A DNA stretch of 55,038 nucleotides, the filler included, from Haplodiscus bocki (lineage: Eukaryota): assembly GCA_965655095.1 (NCBI GenBank). It is 2 parts of 2 records of this genome, joined end to end, with 100 filler letters (N's around TTAATTAATTAA, not from the genome) between each part and the next. Parts side by side here need not be neighbours in the genome. Positions count along the whole stretch, not along the records: positions 27,903 to 55,038 come from OZ296651.1; 1 more part is not named here. One strand, written 5' to 3'. Within the stretch, counting starts at the first letter, position 1; the number at the start of each line of letters is the position of its first letter. Under the pieces are notes generated by a model. That model searched no databases. It was not told where the DNA came from and worked only from the letters and a program-made list of their open reading frames with translations. Shown piece after piece: positions 51,363 to 55,038 of the stretch. A program made the position numbers and the translations under genes.

Positions 51363-54300
51363 TTAATATCTGTAGTCGTCATTGCAATTCAATTTAAGAT
51401 TGTGGCGTGGATCAAACTTTCTGCTGCGGGGATTAACATCGGTAGGGCTCAGCGGCTCTGAACTTGCTTCCGCATCAGGCTCCATGTAGTGATCCTTATC
51501 GGTTCCGTCACTTGCTTGAACAATGTTGGGGAAAATCTCTGGGGTGTCCTCATGTATGAGTCCTGGAACGGTACACGTTTCGTCATATGGTGAGTCATGT
51601 CTCACTGTGATTGCGGGTGAGTTATCACTATCGGTCTGATGTTGGCCATTGTCAAGAATAGGCGCGTTTCAAAATCGGACTGCCATGCTCTGGCGTACAG
51701 ATCATCATGTTTTATAATGACTTCAGGGTCAGGTTGTCATTCTTGTGATTTTGATTGTACTTCAGGTATGGGTTGTCTGGGCGTGATTAGACGTACTCTC
51801 GTGCCTTGAAGGACTTGGGTTTTGTTCGTTCTGAGTTTTCGTACCAAATAATTGCTATTTGGTAAGGCTTTTTCAACAATGTAAAGGCCTATGCATCGGA
51901 ATTCTGTGAAGGGAATTTTACCACACTGGTGATCTGGTTTAGGCTGTAGAACATACACGTATTGTTGTTCTTTGAGGTTCGAGGCATTGGTTTTTTATCA
52001 TAATACGCTTTGTATTTGGAATAAGCTTGCATGGTCTGATTTCGGACATCATAGAAAATCATTTCCGTTTGTTTGAGAACATCTTCCGCAGTTTGTGAAT
52101 TTGGCGTGAGTATGCTTTGCGGACGGATGCCTATTTTTAAGTCTAGGACTTTATATGGAATACGTCCGTGAAATACTCTACTGGATTCACATCCAATGCT
52201 TGTGCGGTAGGAAGTGTTGTAATTCAAAACGGCAATGTTGACATACTTAGGCCAAATGGATCTTCGTTCACATGTTTCAATCTTCAGGGTGTTCTTGAGT
52301 GAGGCTTGCAATCGTTCAAGCATTCCAATTGTTTGCGCATGCTTTGTTGTGGCATTTTGTAGGGTGAATCCAAGAACTTCAACCACTTCTTTGATTACTT
52401 GGGACATGAGCACTGATCCCTTGTCAGAATTTATAGTCGTCGGCAAATAAGCATGTTTAGTCACGATATTGATTATGATGTTTGAGATCGTTTTCGCGTC
52501 TTGGCTGGAAGTGGGGTAGGCAGAAAAATATCTAGAAAACACGTCCATGGCTGTTACTATGATTTCACAGCCAGCAGACGGAGGAAATTCCGGAACCAAA
52601 TCTATTTGCACGGCGTCTTCGTGTGTCGCGATGTCTTCACTTGGATTCTGCAGGGCTAGCCGTGTGAGCCTATCATCAACTCGTGATTCTCCAATGCATT
52701 GCTCACATGACATGACCCTTTGTTTGATCAGTTTGGCCATGTTTAGAGAGTAATACTTTTGTCCGTATGCAATTATCGTTTCAGTAACTCCGGGGTGCTT
52801 GCCAAATTCTCCGTGCAGGCTCCAGAGTACTTCAACGACTAGTTGTTTTGGTATCAGCATTTGGTAGTTTTTGATGTTACCAGTCTCTCCGTGATATTTC
52901 AGGAATAACAGTCCATCTTTGTGGATGATACGGTCTTGATTCGCTTTGTACTGCTTAAATCGTTTGTCTGTTGTTAACAGCACTTCATCATATGGCTGGC
53001 CAAGAGTTTTGAGTTTCAAGTTTTTCAAGATTAGATCAAAACCTTGTTATACTGGTATCCGTGCATTTGCTTTGATTCCGTGTATGGAGCACGACGTAGT
53101 GTTTCCGTCAATCTTTGTAAATTCTTTCATAGTTGGCTTCATTAAAGAGGGTTCCTCGTGTGCTACCCATTCTGTTGCCTTTTTCCGAGACTGTTCTCTC
53201 CTTTCGAAGGTTTTTTCTTCAGCCTCATCTTCAGCAGCTGCTTGTTCGGAGAAGAACTGCTCCATATCTGCAACATCTGAGGAGGATGTTGTGACTTCAA
53301 TGGGCGTTGTCTGTACACCTTCCCTGATCTTGAGACGGATCTTCTCCGTGACTTTCGATTCTAGTCGCGAGAAAATTTCAACTGCTGTGTTTACTGAACC
53401 AGCAATATGTGCCATTTTATAGTTGAACTGCAGCAGATAATCACCTGCGTTCCACAAAGATGGTGGAACAGCTTTTGTCTGGAAGAATCGTGTGACCGAT
53501 TTGTTGTCCGTCAGAACAATTGTTGGTTTTGTTGCTTCCCACAAAATGTGGGCGAACTCGAGAGATGCTATGTACATTGCCAAGAAATCTTTCGAGTAAA
53601 TCGGAACCTTCAGTTGTGCGGGGGAGGAAGTTCTTGATCAAAATGAGACAGGCGCAAAAGCCTTTCTCTTTGATTGGATCTTCTTGTCTGAGTTGTCTTC
53701 AATCATGAGGGCATAACCTGCGCTTCAGAAGCTTGCGTCCGTCATTAGGACAAGCTGCTTTCCAGGAATGGGTTGTTTCAATGCTAATTCACAAGCATCA
53801 CTCAGTGCTTTATTTACTGAATCAAAGGTTTCTTTCAACTCTGAGGTGATGTTAATTGGGACTTCTGATTTTGAGAGTTTATAGAAGCTGTTGAGTTTTT
53901 CAGCCATCCTGGGAATGTAATCTCTGTAACATTTCACGAACCCCAGATGTCGCTGAAAAACCTTCTTCGACTTAAAGAATCTCAATTTATCAAAAAAAAA
54001 TTCGAATCTGGTTACTTTATGGTGATACTGCCTCAGATGAACAGGTTCGTCCAAGAAATTCAACTTGCCTGACTCGAAAGTGGTACTTTTTGAATCTCAG
54101 TTTCAATCCTGCATTGCGAATGCACTGGAAGACTGCCCGAATATTCCGCGTAGGATCCGTAGCATTATTGGCTGCTGTTCCAATATCATCGACGTATTGG
54201 GCACATTGGTCAGCCTTGACAACTGGGTCCAAGTACTCGCGCGTGAAGCTTGAAAAGGCAGACACAGATCTGCTAAGGACTTCTGCAAGTCTCCTGTAGG

Positions 54301-55038
54301 CAAGGGTTCTGCTGGCAAGATTAAAGCAAGTATCTCCACAGACCGTTGGTCCGCCATCTGCAAACAATGGTAAGCCTGAGAGCAGTCAAGTTTGCAGAAA
54401 AGACATTTCCCTGCCCAGTGTTTTGCTGCGTCTGACAAAGTGCTGACGGAGTGATTATTGTTAATATAAGCATCTGCAATCAGGGTGTTGATTTTTCCTA
54501 GATCCACCAGGAGACGCAATTTCCCGTTGGGTTTTCGCTGCGCAAAAATGGGATTTGAGTATTTTGAGAAGGGTAGGACTGTGATAATCCCGTTTTTGTG
54601 CACTAGGGCAAGTTCAACAATTAGGTGTTTTTTCAGGTGGATCGGCATCGGTAGGCTTTGGCTGTAAACAGCTTTGTCATCTTTCCGTGTGAGTCTCACT
54701 TTAAATTCTGTGTTCATTCCAATGTCCATTCTGTGTCTGGCAAATGTATCATGGTACTCGACCAGGATATTTTCGATTGCATGTTTTTCGGTTTCCGTTA
54801 GCAGCGTATCTGTCCAGTCAAATCGCTTTAGAAATTTCATTCGTGATTCTACGTCATCACTTGGATTCAGTTTTCCTTTTCTTGTAGTCCACGCAGTTCT
54901 TTAAGGATTCGTATCTGTATCGGAGTGTGATCCTCGGTTTTGCCAGGATTTTTGGGTGTTGGAAACCAGAAGGTATTACTCTGTTGTTCCGGTTTATTTG
55001 TTCTGAGTAATTCACTCAGATAAGTAGTCAGATCCTGA
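51363..55038 (-). pseudogene. pol: pol of element B (RT, RNase H, integrase, GPY/F region), frameshifted
   Basis: RT: PIFAQRKPNGKLRLLVD, KLDCSQAYH, YVDD (54185-54196), VEFLG. RNase H: LMTDAS, VLTDNKS, NTAVEIFSR. Integrase: HGEFGKH...CEQC, QIDLV, SDKGS, GMLER. GPY/F-like IGLYIVEK. Confidence 0.95.

Larger units (their letters stand above)
44333..55038 (-). mobile_element. Ty3/Gypsy LTR retrotransposon B (pol + accessory cassette + PPT + LTR); 5' part lies outside the window
   Basis: RT-RNaseH-integrase order, ~6.8 kb of extra sequence, PPT, and a TGTT...AACA LTR-like segment. Confidence 0.8.

Noticed and set aside
52235-54904. Plus-strand ORFs overlapping pol (e.g. 52946-53422)
   Set aside because: Antisense shadows of the pol frame; no motifs or splice pattern, unlike the 46.5-50.9 kb gene.

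Overview
AT-rich, repeat-saturated animal-type (metazoan-like) DNA. I see no intact host gene, prokaryotic operon, rRNA, tRNA or CRISPR array. Two contigs are joined by an artificial N44-TTAATTAATTAA-N44 linker (27803-27902), so the two halves need not be neighbours. Left contig: (i) a diverged ~720-bp satellite array (1 to ~11.5 kb, 16 anchored monomers in several classes); (ii) a decayed minus-strand Ty3/Gypsy element A with ORF0-gag-pro/RT (RNase H and integrase missing), extra ORF remnants, a chuvirus-G/herpes-gB-like envelope gene, further extra ORFs, a PPT and a 3' LTR. Right contig: a TA-flanked MITE, the 3' end of another LTR element cutting a Tc1 transposase, a CR1/L2-group LINE nested in an older esterase-ORF1 LINE, and a second minus-strand Gypsy element B. 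The best candidate for a new system is the ~6-kb cassette between pol and the LTR of element B. It holds a multi-exon ANTISENSE gene (about 8 exons, roughly 1,100 codons, zinc finger resembling hAT-type transposase N-termini) head-to-head with a sense Ser/Pro/Thr-rich ORF. A CRE palindrome lies between them and an identical 16-mer brackets the cassette. Nearly all coding remnants are pseudogenised in this copy. Family assignments come from motif recognition by eye, not database searches.
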